The translations under genes were made by a program, and so were the position numbers. This document shows, one piece after another, positions 38,911-51,710 of a stretch of 64,000 bases of DNA; position 1 is the first letter of the stretch; every line of letters starts with the position of its first letter. Location: NCBI GenBank assembly GCA_013265495.1, contig MU058824.1, positions 6,157,245 through 6,221,244 on the forward strand. Direction: 5' to 3'. The notes beneath the pieces were generated by a model that searched no databases, had not been told where the DNA came from, and saw nothing but the letters and a program-made list of their open reading frames with translations. The stretch comes from Vicugna vicugna (Eukaryota).

Positions 38911-39295
38911 TTCCATTCTCATTAGTTGCGGTAATTATGTTCTATACAGTCACCACAAATACTAAACTAGTAAATATTACATCATTGCCCCTAAGTGAAA
39001 TACAGGATTAGGTTCCTGTGAGCATTATTGTCAACCAATTAATATCTAACCTTGTTTTATGTGTGTTACTGTTTAAAGACACCTCATTTAATATATACAA
39101 TACTGTCGATTCACTAATGTTGAACTCATGGCCAACAGCAATATAACTTATGCCTGAACAAAACTCATCTAACATATGTACTTTCTCCATAAGGCACATC
39201 ACAGCCTTCTTGTGCTTAAGGACACTAGACAGCATTTCAGCACTATGCTTGGGAGACATTTTAACAGCAAAATGACCGACAAAAAGCATAGACCA
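38911..39295 (-). mobile_element. MER82-like TcMar-Tigger fragment
   Basis: Minus ORF 39008-39289 contains KKAVMCLMEKVHMLDEFCSGISYIAVGHEFNISESTV, a Tigger/CENP-B-type HTH remnant; DNA matches the recalled MER82. Confidence 0.85.
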
Positions 39296-40745
39296 AAGAA
39301 AATTCTATCCTACCCAGAGCACTAGTTTTCAATCCTTGGCATAACCACATGAAACCCTCTTTATAACACACCTTGCCCTCTGTGTCCACTTCAGTGAATT
39401 TCTTCAAAGGTGTGTGTTCTCTGCTTGACAAACAGATAGACTCATCTTTGTTTTTTAAAGTTATTTTGATCTTTATTTTATAATTTGGCAGTCTTACCCA
39501 AACTCTTGGGCCCCTACTCCTCTCGCTTCTTATCACATTTGCTTCTCTTCTTGCACCTTCATTCTTTCCTTCCCTCCTACCTATAACCCACTCCTAGAAT
39601 TCCCAAACAAGGGATTGCAGGACTGCTATGATCACAAACCATAATGTTGTTTCTTCTGACTTTTAAAGGAGTCTATGCTCAACAACTCTATTCATATCCA
39701 TCCCTGTGTCTGGAATGTCCTTCTACCTCCCATTGGCATCCTCACCTGTTGAAATCCATCCAGTACTTAGAAGTCTACCTTCAAATTACCTGCCAAAGTA
39801 TTGCCTCACAAAGAAGCCCTCTCCAATGACTTTGCTTCTCTAAATGCTTGAAATCTTTGCTTGTAATGTTCTCACATCACTTTCCATCAGGAACTTCAGC
39901 TTTTCATATTATTCAATTAGTATTCCTATAAGACAGAAAGCTCTTTGAGAGTTGGGATATTTATGAGCAAAAGATACTGTCCATAGCCATCTCAGAGGAA
40001 ACACTGGCTAAGTCTGGCCTTTGAGCTCTTCTATTTTTTGCACATTTTTTCTAGGTATTGCATGTATTATGAAAACAACTAATATATAGTGTTCTGCAAT
40101 CTTCAATGTAATTTCTCACTTAGTCCTGAGAAGAATTCTGAAAGAAAATTATTTTTATTAGCTCTATTTTACAGATGAAGGAACTCAGAGTTAAGGAGCC
40201 TGATGAATGTCATACAATGGTAACTAGCTGATCCAGTTTGTAAATTCCACTCACTACTCTCTGGTAATAGTGTGTCATCAGTAAAAACTGTAGGCCCTCT
40301 ATGGGATACCCTACTAAAGTGATTGGTAAAGCTCTGCACTCAGTATTTCTTCTTCATTGTGCTACAAAATTAGACAACAGTCTTTAGCGTCTTGAATTTC
40401 CTTATCTATTAAACCAGCACTCTTGTTGGTTGAAAACAGCTCACCTTTTCCCAAGTTGACATTTAATATCTACATAATTATAGTGAGTTGTCTAGCCTAT
40501 TTCTGCATTCATCTCAAAGTCACAGGATGCTAAGAGCTAACAAAAAAGAGTTAGGAAGCAACCTCCAAAAACAAACATCTCTATTTCAGGGGCAAAGGTC
40601 ATACTGCCAGGCTGATAATTCCTTGATAATATCCCATCTTATAATGATGGGGAGAGACAAACTAGGAAGATGTGGCAAAACACTATAATGACAAAACAGA
40701 TTTTTTTCTCTACTTTATAAAAGCCTATTCAAAATGTGTAATTCT

Positions 40746-40850
40746 CAATGAGTGTGTATATGTCCATGAATGACTGGAAAATTGTGCTGAACACTGGAAT
40801 GTGACACAACACTGTAAAATGATTATGAATCAATAAAAAATGTAAAAAAA
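40746..40850 (+). mobile_element. Young camelid-type L1, terminal 105 bp only
   Basis: Perfect 15-bp TSD aaaatgtgtaattct (40731-40745 / 40851-40865); gacacaacactgtaaaatgattatgaatcAATAAA + A-tail. Confidence 0.92.
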
Positions 40851-41257
40851 AAAATGTGTAATTCTGAGGAGCTTGAAAACACATATGGCCTCATTTCTAT
40901 GAGTCCAGCTTGGAATCATGGAATCAAAAATCAATTCAGAGATTCTTAATCCAGATAGGCCTTTATCTTCTTATAAACTGCTGTAAGATTCTAAAGGAAT
41001 GAAAGTTCCTATAAATAGGGCCCTGGCAAGAACAATACCTGCCACTTAAGAAACTCTGTTCTTCTCAACTATGTTTTGAGTTTCCAGTGGTCAGGGACCA
41101 CGGTTTGTAAATTTTCTAATATTTCTCCTTAGCATCTCACTGCCTTGTACAGACAATGCCTAGTGAAAGTTCCTTGCCTTGAATTAGATTAATTTAAGCA
41201 GAAAAGTTGACAAAGAAGACAATTCTACATTCAGCATAGATATGATAATGTACTTAC

Positions 41258-41282
41258 CAAGAAGTTAGGTCTACGCAGTGCT
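41258..41282 (-). other. Candidate 25-nt microexon
   Basis: ccttccctctctaatgcag|AGCACTGCGTAGACCTAACTTCTTG|gtaagt; consensus donor; frame-shifting length. Confidence 0.25.
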
Positions 41283-42465
41283 CTGCATTAGAGAGGGAAG
41301 GTTTGTTCTGATCCCTTCAACTATTCCTGCATATTTGCAGGTAGCAGATTAACAGAAATCCCTTTCACGTATGAGAAAATTGATGCACTTGATTTCAAAA
41401 AAGTTTATACAGAAAAAGATCTAACAGCTTATTAGAATATTAGTTATCCTACATATGGTAGCTTTGGACTACTTACTTAATTTGTGACAAAGAGTTTTTA
41501 AATAAGAATTATTCTTACACACAAAAAAAGAAACGTTATGTTTTTCCTTCTGGGATTTAAAAAAATTATTTAATTTACTAAACAATAAAATGCCCTAATG
41601 TTTTAAGCCAAACACTCTTCTTTGGCTCCCAAATGTTTTCAGAAATAACTTTTTCCTTGTTAATTTCCAAATCTTGGCTGCATTTCCCACTAATTTCAAA
41701 CATATGTCATATACGAAATATGTTATTTTTCCAAGCCTAATTTTGGCAGGAGGGGATTTTTGGAACTGACATAGAAAGATCTGGGGACAAACAAACAGGA
41801 CAGCTTGAAGCTGCCACAACTCCGTAACAGTTTTATCTTTTTTTTTAATCTACCTCCAGATCCACAAAGGCAAGGACAATACAAGGGGTGAGTGGGCTCT
41901 GATAAAATTTCAACATGAGGTAAAACATACCTTGAAGTTTTATATGTTACCCTATAACTTTGTTTTCCAAAAAGAAGCACTCACAAATAGTAATAATTTT
42001 TATAGGATATAAGATGTGACGTAAACTTAAGACTGATAACTAGAGTAATACAATCCTGATGTTATCACTCTGATTCCCTGAGACTTACAGTCAAAAGGAA
42101 TAAACAGGTAAAGCAATACAAAAAGTTCTTCTTAACCTTCAGAAGATTCACAATACTGATATCATTTGGAAAACAACAGACATTTCCAACTGTATAAAAT
42201 CTATTTTCTTCAGATTCTCTGAACCTGATCTTGTGAAGAACTACTAAGTACTCAATAAATAAAAAGAATGTGAATTCATCTCATCACAGCTACCTAGATC
42301 AACACTTGAGGACTAAGACATAGCCGAAGGCACAAATGTTTTTTCCCTTATAAACATTCAGACTCATTGAATGGGCAAGTCAAAAGAAAGCTAGTACAAT
42401 AAATAGAAACCTGGTCTGGAGGCATGAAACAGGGTCCTAGTCCCAATCCCACCCTTTTCTAAAAT

Positions 42466-42980
42466 AGTGGATTGAGTATAATGGCCATAATTATTTACCC
42501 CTCCCTATATCTACAATATTTTAAATGTTACTTTGTAATTCATCAACAGACAGTCTATTTTGTCAATTCCTGTGACTTGCTTAGCTGATAAAATGCAAAG
42601 AAAGATGTATTTCTACCAGCTCCAAATCTAGGCCTCCAGAAATATGGTACACTTTCTGTGCTCTACCCCACACATCCCCTTCATCACAAGAACATACCTG
42701 GGCTAGCCTGCTGGAGGATGAGCCACATGGAGCAGAGATAAATCAGTTCAGTGACCCAGGAGAGGCCCCAGCCATATGAGAGAACAGAGCCAAGATTAGC
42801 AAAGTCAAATAGCCAATTCACAGCTGACAGCAGACACATGAGTGAGCCTCACCAAGTCCAGTTCAAATTAGCAGAAACCACCCAGCTGAGTTATAGACTT
42901 AGCTGTTCTAAGCTTCTAGTTGCTGTTCTAAGCCTCTACACTGGAATTATTTTTTAACGTAGCAATAGCTAACTGATACC
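42466..42980 (+). mobile_element. MLT1 (ERVL-MaLR) solo LTR
   Basis: tgtgacttgctt..ctagcctgctggaggatgag..ttgctgttctaagcctcta..tagcaatagctaactgatac. Confidence 0.85.
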
Positions 42981-45900
42981 TCTAGCCTACTCAACTGACC
43001 TCCTCGTTAAAATGACAGAATAGTGTAGGTAATTAAAAGCAAGTATCTTTAAGAAATCTATGTAATTGACTGTTAATAAATAAATCTAAGTTTCAGGCAA
43101 GTGTTAAAATAGAAATCTACAAATGATTTGTTGCTTATGAACATCTGCATGTTTCATCTACTGAAATTAAGTATTAAATTTAGGCCCAAATGCAAAAACT
43201 GGCTCAGTTACAGATCAGCAGATGGCCCCTGTTCAAGTACCAAGAGGAGGTTGATTCAAAGATTTGAAAAGGTTTAAAACCTCAAACAATAAAATTATTT
43301 TTGTATGTCACTGGTTGTTAAATGAAGAGATTATTTTAGCAACTTAATTGTTCAATTCAATTTTTTTAAACATGCTTTCACTTGACTTACTTTTAAATTT
43401 CCCTTAAGACTTAGTCTGGGAGATTTTAGTTTTAAATGGCATCTGGCTGGCTGCCGTCTCTTTTCCTAAAATACCTATAAAGACCCAGAAAAAAGAGATT
43501 AAAAACAGCAACACTAAAAACTGACTAACTATTGTCTAAATTTGGAGGGAATTTCCTTTAACTATTAAACCAATGGAGCTGAAATGAGCAAAGCAGGCAA
43601 TGACTGATCCATGCATCACTCTGAAAACAAGGATGTCCCACCTGAAGGGTGAAGAATTTTCTTTCTCACTCATTCTCTGACCCTCTGGCTTAGAGAGACA
43701 TACTTACAACCAACCAGAAAAAATAATTAACTACTTCTCAACTGAGTGGAAGAAGATATGATAAAACCATAATAATGTTTGCACTTTCCCTTCTCACACT
43801 CCTCAACATCTTTTTACATCCTGCAACACCCAAAAAGTTTGAGAACAGAGAAGGCAAAGAGTACATAAGGATCAGAAGTCACATATTATATCCTGGTATA
43901 ACCCCATAGTTTTATGTGTTAGAGAAAAGACTAGAAAAGCCCATTATAAATTATGGTTAGGAGACTAATACATACTTTATTAACTCAGATTGCCAGAGAA
44001 TCAGACTTGGGGCTATGAGATGTTACTATCATGGTTTAGTTAGAACCAATTTGGTAAATGCCTACAATCTAGACTCTAGAATTTATGCTGCAAACTAAAT
44101 ATATGTACCCATCTGCAGTTAGATGTGGGTTTAGTCAACTTTCAAGTAGACAATTAAAAAATCTATCTTCACATATACTGTGTTGACAAATACTAGATTA
44201 GATATTACTTTCCAAGAAGAAATTAAAAAAAGAAAAGAATTATTGAAATGAAGCCAGTAGACTTCCACTTCGGGGAACATGTATACTTTTCCCTAGTTTG
44301 CTTGCTAATAAGTACTACTAAAAAATACTGGTTGTGTTTCATACAAAAGAAATATAAAAAGCACTCTGGAAAATAGAGAATAGAAGGCAGACTAGATAGG
44401 GACCACAGGATTGAAGGAAAGACATGATGCTGAGTTCCCTTGGTTTTCCTATTGCTTCAAATATCCCAAATTTGGAGCTGAAGAATCTGAAAAACAGTAA
44501 ATGCCAAAAGAAATCCGTATCAAGACAAAACACAGTTAAACTTCTGAAAACTAAAGACAAAACAAAAGTCTTCAAAGCAACTGGGAAACGGCACCTTAAC
44601 TATAGGGGGAAAACAATCTGAATGACAGTGGATTTCTTATCACAAACTATGGAGCCCACAAGGAAGTGGTACATTTTTTCAAGTATCAAAATAGCTCTGA
44701 AATCTGAATCTTATATTCAGTGAAAATATCCTTCAGGAATGAAAGGAAAATAAATATATTCTCAAAGGAAAGAAAACTAAGAGAATTTGTTGCCAGCAGA
44801 TATACCCTTTAAAAAATGGCTAAAAAGACATTATCTAAATGAAACTGAATGATTAAAGTAGGAATCATGAAACATCAGGAATGTCTTCCTGAAAGACTAA
44901 GTAAAAATATTGATATATAAAATTGACTTTCCTTCTCCCCTTGAGTCTCCTAAAGTATATTTGATGATTGAAACAAAATTGAAACACTACCTGGTATGGT
45001 TCTAAATGTATGTACAAGAAGTATTTAGTATTTATTATAAATGGTGAAGGGCAAAAGGAGATTAAACGGAGATAAGGTTTCCACACTTCATGGAAACTAG
45101 TTTTTTAACTAGTATAAATAATCACACCACTAGACTGATAATTATGTATAGGTAATGTACCAGCTAGAACAACCATTAAAAAGCTATGTAGAAAGATACA
45201 CTCAAAAACCACTATAAATATCATGTTTACAGCACCAAAAGACAAAACAAAAACACCATAAATAAATCAAAATGAAATTCTCAAAATATTTTAAGTAACA
45301 AAGGAAGATAGGAAAAAGAAAAAGGAGGGGAAAAAAGAAAGAATAAGGGAAAAAAGTAAAACAGCAGACTTAAGTCCTAATATATTAAAATTATGTTAAT
45401 GTAAATGGTCTAAATACATCAATTAAAAGACAGAGATTAGGACAGATTAAAAAACATGTCCCAACTATATGCTATCTGTAAGAAGTTCACTTCAAATATA
45501 ACAATATAGGCAGGTTGAAAGTAAAAGGACAAAAAAAAGATATAATGGGCAAATATTAATCTAAAGAAAACAGAGGGCTACACTAATATCAAATAAATAT
45601 TATCTTTCTTCAGAGCAAAAAAATTACCAGAAATAGGGAAAAACATTATATAATGATATAAGGATTAATCCACCAAGAAGATTAGCAATCTTAAATGTGT
45701 ATTACCAAACAACAGAGCTGCAATATATGTAAAGCAAAAACTGTTAGAACTGAAAAAGAAATAGAAAAATGTACAATTATAGCTGAAGACTTCAGCACTC
45801 CTCTCTCAGTAATTGACAGAACAACTAGACAGAAAAGCAGCAAGGATACAAAAGAACTCACCAACACCATCAACAAATAGGACTTGATGAACATTCTACC

Positions 45901-46385
45901 CAACCAAGACAGACTATCCATCCTTTCCAAGTATTCACAGTACATGTACTAATATAAACTATGTCCAGGACCATAAAATAAACTACAACAAATTTAAAAT
46001 AACTGAAATCATATTGAGTGTATTCTCCAACCACAACAGAATCAAACTAGAAATCAATAAAAGAAAGATAACAAGAAAAATCTCTAAACACTTGTAATTT
46101 AAATAACATACAGCTGGATAAACTGTGGGTTAGAAAGGAAATCTCAAGGGGAATAATAAAAAAGAAACTGAATGTAAGAAAATTAAAATGTCTCAAAATT
46201 TATGAGACAAAACTAAAGCACTGCTAAGAGGGAAATTTACAGTACTAAATGCACACATCAAAAAAGAGAAAATGTCCAAATCAACAATCTAAATTCCCAA
46301 CCCAAGAACCCAGAAAAAGAAGAGCAAAGGAAACTTCAAAGCAACCACAGAAAGAAAACAATAAAACTACTAGCAAAATCAATGA

Positions 46386-47851
46386 AATAGAGCCTAGAAA
46401 TAAACCCACAGACCTATAGTCAATTATTTTTGACAAAGGAGGCAAGAATACACAATGGAGAAAAGACAGTCTCTTCAGCAAGTGGTATTGGGAAAACTGG
46501 ACAGCAGCACGTAAATCAATGGAGTTAGAACATGCCCACACACCATACACAAAAATAAACTCAAAATGGCTTGAAGACTTAAATATAAGACAAGACACAA
46601 TAAATCTCCTAGAAGAAAACATAGGCAAAACATCCTCTGACATTTATCTTAGCAATGTTCTCCTAGGGCAGTCTACCCAGGCATTAGAAGTAAAAGCAAA
46701 AATTAAAAACTGAGACCTAATTAAATTTATAAGCTTTTGTACAGCAAAGGAAACCATAAGCAAAACAAAACAACAACCTATGAAATGGGAGAAAATATTT
46801 GCAAATGATGCGACTGATAAAGATTTAACTTTCAGAATACAAAAAACAGCTCATACAACTTAATAAGAAAAAAAAAAAAAGCCCAATCCAAAAATGGGCA
46901 GAAGACCTAAACAAGCAATTCTCCAATGAAGACGTACAAATGACAATAGGCACAAGAAAAAATGCTTAGTATCACTAATTATCAGAGAAATGCAAATCAA
47001 AACTATAATGAGATATTACCTCACACCAGTCAGAATGGCCATCATTAAAAAGTCCACAAAAAGTTAATGCTGGAGAGCGTGTGGAGAAACGGGAACCCTC
47101 CTAGACTGCTGGTGGGAATGCAGTTTGGTGCAGCCACTGTGGAAAACAGTATGGAGATTCCTCAAAAAACTAAAAATTGACCTACCATATGATCCAGCAA
47201 TCCCACTCCTGGGCATATACCGAGAAACGAAACTCAAATTCAAAAAATATATGCACCCCAGTGTTCATAGCAGCACTATATACAATAGAGAAGACATGAA
47301 AACAACCTAAATGTCCATTGACAGATGACTGGATAAAGAAGCTGCAGTGGTATATCCATATAATAGAATACTACTCAGCCATTAAAAAGAATAAAATAAT
47401 GCCATTTGCAGCAACATGGATGGATCTGGAGATCATCATTCTAAGTGAATTAAGTCAGAAAAAGAAAGAAAAATGCTACATGACATCACTCATATGTGGA
47501 ATCTAACAAAAAAAAGGAAAAGAAAAAGAAAAAGACACTAATGAACTTAACTACAAAACAGAAACAGACTCACAGACATAGTAAACAAACGTATGGTCAC
47601 TGGGGGGAAAGGGGGTGAGAAGGGATAAATTGGGAGTTCAAGATGTGCAAATACTAACTACTATATATAAAATACATAAAAACAAATTTTTTCTGTATAG
47701 TGCTATACAGAATACTCAATATCTTGTAGTAACCTATAATGAAAAAGAATATAAAAACAATTTTACATATATGTATATGTATGACTGAAACATTTTAAGT
47801 ACACCAGAAATTGACACACTGCAACCGACTATACTTCAATTTAAAAAAAAA
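46386..47851 (+). mobile_element. Younger camelid/artiodactyl L1, 5'-truncated
   Basis: Well-preserved ORF2 C-terminal remnants ([59 protein letters not shown]), 3' UTR and A-tail; no TSD found. Confidence 0.92.
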
Positions 47852-48465
47852 GTAGGAATAAAGGATGTCCATATACCTTACTCTTACTCAACATAGTAAA
47901 GGAAATTCCAACCAGTACAGTAAGCAAAAACAATGAATACAAATCAGAAAGGAAGAAATAAATTATCTATGTTTGCAGAAGATATGATTGTATACACAGA
48001 CAATACCAAGGAACCGAAAAAAAAAAAAAAACTCCTAGAATGAATAAATGAGTTTAGCAAGGTCACAGGATACAAAATAAACATTTTTTGGTATTTCCAC
48101 TAGCAATGAGCATATGAATCCCAAAATTAGAATTTTATTTACAACTGCTCAAGAAAAAGCACAGGCTCTGTAATGCTGAAAACTACAAAACACTAATGAA
48201 AAAATTCAAAGGATATCTGAATAAATAAAAACATAACATGTTCATGGATTAGAAGCTCACTGTAGTAAAGATGTTATTTCTCTCTGACTTGATACACTTG
48301 CATAACACAATTTCTATCAAAATCCAAGCAAGATATCTTCTAGACAATATTATTCTAAAATACATATGGAAAGGTTAAAGAACTAGAATAGCTAAAACAA
48401 TTATGAAAAAGAAGAATAAAGTGATAGCGATCAATCTATCTGATCGCAGATTTTGTTACACAATT

Positions 48466-48469
<4 letters not shown>

Positions 48470-48500
<31 letters not shown>
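48470..48500. repeat. (TG)n microsatellite; a second (TG)n lies at 48748-48778
   Basis: Pure TG runs on both sides of the MER8. Confidence 0.95.
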
Positions 48501-48504
<4 letters not shown>

Positions 48505-48505
48505 A

Positions 48506-48706
48506 CAATTGACCCTAAACAATGTAGTGGTTAAGGGTGCCGATCCCCGTGCAGTTGAAAGTCTGTGTATAACTTGATAATTGGCCCTCTATATCTGGTT
48601 CCTCATCCTCAGATCCGACTAACTGCAGATCATGTAGTAATGCAGTACGTATTTACTGTGTAGTGGACCAGCGCAATTTAAACCTGTGTTGTTCAAGGGT
48701 CAACTG
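48506..48706. mobile_element. MER8-like TcMar-Tigger MITE
   Basis: TIRs caattgaccctaaacaa / ttgttcaagggtcaactg with TA on both sides. Confidence 0.9.
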
Positions 48707-48746
48707 TATATATGCATGTGCATATATATACATATGTATTATGTAA

Positions 48747-48781
<35 letters not shown>

Positions 48782-49491
48782 CAATATTCAAGACTATGTG
48801 TGGTACTGATGGAGGAAGAGACATGGATAAATGGCACAGAATAGAGTACCCAGAAATAGACCCACACAGATATGTCCAATTGATTTTGACAAAGTATAAG
48901 AACAATTCAATGGAGTAAAAAAACAGTCTTTCAACAACAAATGGTGCTGGAGCAAATGGACATTCATGAGTGAAAAACAAAACCAAACGAAACAAGCAAA
49001 AAAATCAGAACTTCAACCTAATCTCACACCTTACATAAAATCTTACTCAAAATGGATCACAGACTCAAATGTAAAATATAAAACTATAAAGGTTTTGGGA
49101 AAAACACATAGGAGAAAGTCTGTGGAATCTAAAGATAGGCAAAGAGTTCATACATTTGACACAAAGGGTATGATCTGTAACAGAAAAAAAAAGTAGAACT
49201 TCATTAAAGTTAAAAAGCTTTTGTTCTGCAAAAGAACCTACTGAGAGGATGAAAAGACAAGATACAGATTGAATGAAAATATTTGCAAACTACATATGTA
49301 ACAATAGGATGTGTATCTGAAATATATAAAGAACTCAGAAAACTCAATAGTAAAAAATTAAATAATCCAATTAGAACTTGGGCAAAGGACATGAAGAAAC
49401 ATTTCACAAAAGAGAGACACAGATGGCAAATAAGCACCTGAAAAGATGTTCAACATTACTAGTCATTCAGGAAATGAAAATTAAAATCACA

Positions 49492-49645
49492 GGAGGGAGG
49501 GTATAGCTCAAGTGGTAGAGCACATACTTAGCATGCATGAGGTCCTGGGTTCAATCCCCAGTACCTCCTCTAAAATACTAATACTAATACTAATACTAAT
49601 AAAATAACCTAATTACCTCCCCCCAGAAAAAAAATTTTTTAAAAA
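49492..49645 (+). mobile_element. Vic-1-type camelid tRNA-Ala-derived SINE
   Basis: gggtatagctcaagtggtagagc (A box)..ttagcatgcatgaggtcctgggttcaatcccc (B box) agtacctcc; (TACTAA)4 and A-rich tail; perfect 16-bp TSD gaaaattaaaatcaca (49476-49491 / 49646-49661). Confidence 0.92.
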
Positions 49646-50980
49646 GAAAATTAAAATCACAACAAGCTATCACTATACAACTATCAGAAAAAACAGTGAC
49701 GACACCAAATGCTGACAAGAATACAGAGCAGCCGGATCACTAACACATTGCTGGCAGAAACATAAAATGGTACAGACATCCTGAAAAAAAAGTGGGGGGA
49801 AGGATTTTAAAAAATAACACTTAACTATGATACAACCTACCAACTGCATTCCTGGGGATTTATCCCAGAGAAATGAAGGCTATGTTCACACAAAAAACTA
49901 TACACAAATGTTCATAGTAGTTTATAGCTCAAAACTGGAAACAACTGAAATGTTTTTCAAAAGGTGAATGGTTAAACAAACTGTGGCTCATTGGCCATGG
50001 AATACTACTCAGCAATAAAAAGGAACAAACAATTAATACACACAACATCTTGGATGAATCACTACAGAATTAAGAGGAGTGAAAAAAAATCAATTCCAAA
50101 ATGTTACATATTATACAACTCCATTTATATAACATTCTTGAAATGACAAAATTACAGAAATTATAGTAGTTGCTAGGAGCTAAGGGTGCTGAACAAGATG
50201 GAAGTGGGTGTGTATATAAATAGGCAACATGAGACACCCTTGTGGTGATGAAAATGTTCTGTATATTGAATGTATCTATGTCAATATCCTGGTTGTGATA
50301 CTGTACTACAGTTTTACAAGATATTACCATTGAGTCAAACTCAACAAAGTATACACGGGAGATCTCTCCATATTATTTCTTACAACTGCATGTGAATCTA
50401 CAATTACCTCAAAATTTTAATAGTTTAATTAAAACAAGATTAAAATTTTGAAAAAACATGTATGATATTCTAGAACATCTCATAATCATGAAGATTTTAT
50501 TATTGAATAAGAAAAAGGATAAATAAGGCATAAAATTGGAATTTCTCAGCTTTGTAAAGTGGCAGTATTATAGCCAATGAGGCTTATCTGAGGCACAATT
50601 ACTGATAATTGAAAAGAATTTCAGAGTTATATAACAGTAAAATAAACTTAAGAAACAGCAGATATTTAAAAATAAACATAAAAATAATGAATAAGTTACT
50701 ATAGGAACAGTTGAATTAACTTTTTTACATCTAAGGAAAGAACAATTTTAAAACTGACAAATTTCATTAAGAAACATTACTTAAAAATACAAATTTGAAG
50801 CTTAGAAATGAGAAAATTGATTTTTTTAAAAAAAAGAGAAAGACAAAATACATAAGAAAATACCTAAGACCACATTTCACCAAAAATTTGAAAAAGTTGA
50901 CAAAACACAAAATTATCTGGGAAAATATGAGCAAAATTAACTTAAGAAACAAAAATCTTACATAGATTTTCAGCTATACA

Positions 50981-51190
50981 TGGTGCACAGTAAAGGATTA
51001 ACCTTGTCCTTAGAAAGGTCTTGCCTTTTGCCCCCAACTCCTAGAAGGTAACCTCCAAACCTCTGGCATATCCCTGCCTGACAGAAGTGTCTTTGTTTAC
51101 GTAGGGTCCTTGGGTCATGGCACATAGTCTATGCTAATAATATTATTTATGGTTAGAGGGGACGGTGCTTTGGGCCATGTGGCAGCAGCT
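50981..51190 (+). mobile_element. MER77-like ERVL LTR, 5' fragment
   Basis: ttaaccttg..aggtcttgccttttgccc..cctgcctgacagaagtgtctttgtttac..atagtctatgctaa. Confidence 0.75.
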
Positions 51191-51710
51191 AAAGGCATTA
51201 TGCCAAGCGAAATAAGTCAAACAAAGGAGAGAAATACTGTATAATCTCACTCTTATGAAGGAATCTAAAAGGAAAAACAAACCAAGCTCATAGACATAGG
51301 GAACAGATTGGTGGCTGCCAGAAGTGATAGGTAGGGAGTAGGTGAAGCGGGTTAAAGGGATTCAAAGGTACAAACTTCCAGTTATAAAGTAAATAAGCTA
51401 TGGGGATGGTGAATATAGTTAATAATATTGTACTGAAACATTAAAAGTTGCTAAGAGAGTAAATCTTACATAAATTTTTAAAATAAATTAGTAGTTGCCT
51501 AGGATAGAGGGGTCAGGATGGAGGGTGACAGCTAGAGGTAAGTGGGTTCTTTATAAGGTAAGAAAATGTTCCAAAATTGATTGTGATAAGTGATGTATAA
51601 CTGTGAATTTAATATGTTATAGAACTGTACACTTCAAATGGATAGATTATATAGCATTTGAATATATTAGAGAGAGATATATAGCATATCTCAGTAAAGC
51701 TATGAAAAAT
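51191..51710 (+). mobile_element. Two adjacent old L1 3' UTR fragments (L1MA9-like, then L1MB-like)
   Basis: ggcattatgccaagcgaaataagtca..aaggtacaaacttccagttataa..gttgctaagagagtaaatctta; then tagtagttgcctagg..gaactgtacacttcaaatgg. Confidence 0.8.

Larger units (their letters stand above)
44262..50435 (+). mobile_element. Long decayed old L1 (L1MD-like: 5' end, ORF1, ORF2, 3' UTR) hosting three later insertions
   Basis: ORF1 remnant 44480-44830; endonuclease remnant (IIAEDFSTPLSVIDRTTRQK, ORF 45695); RT remnant after 47852; 3' end tatttcttacaactgcatgtgaatctacaatta. Confidence 0.9.

Noticed and set aside
49499..49570. tRNA-Ala gene
   Set aside because: It is the head of a TSD-flanked, A-tailed SINE with substitutions and an insertion relative to tRNA-Ala.
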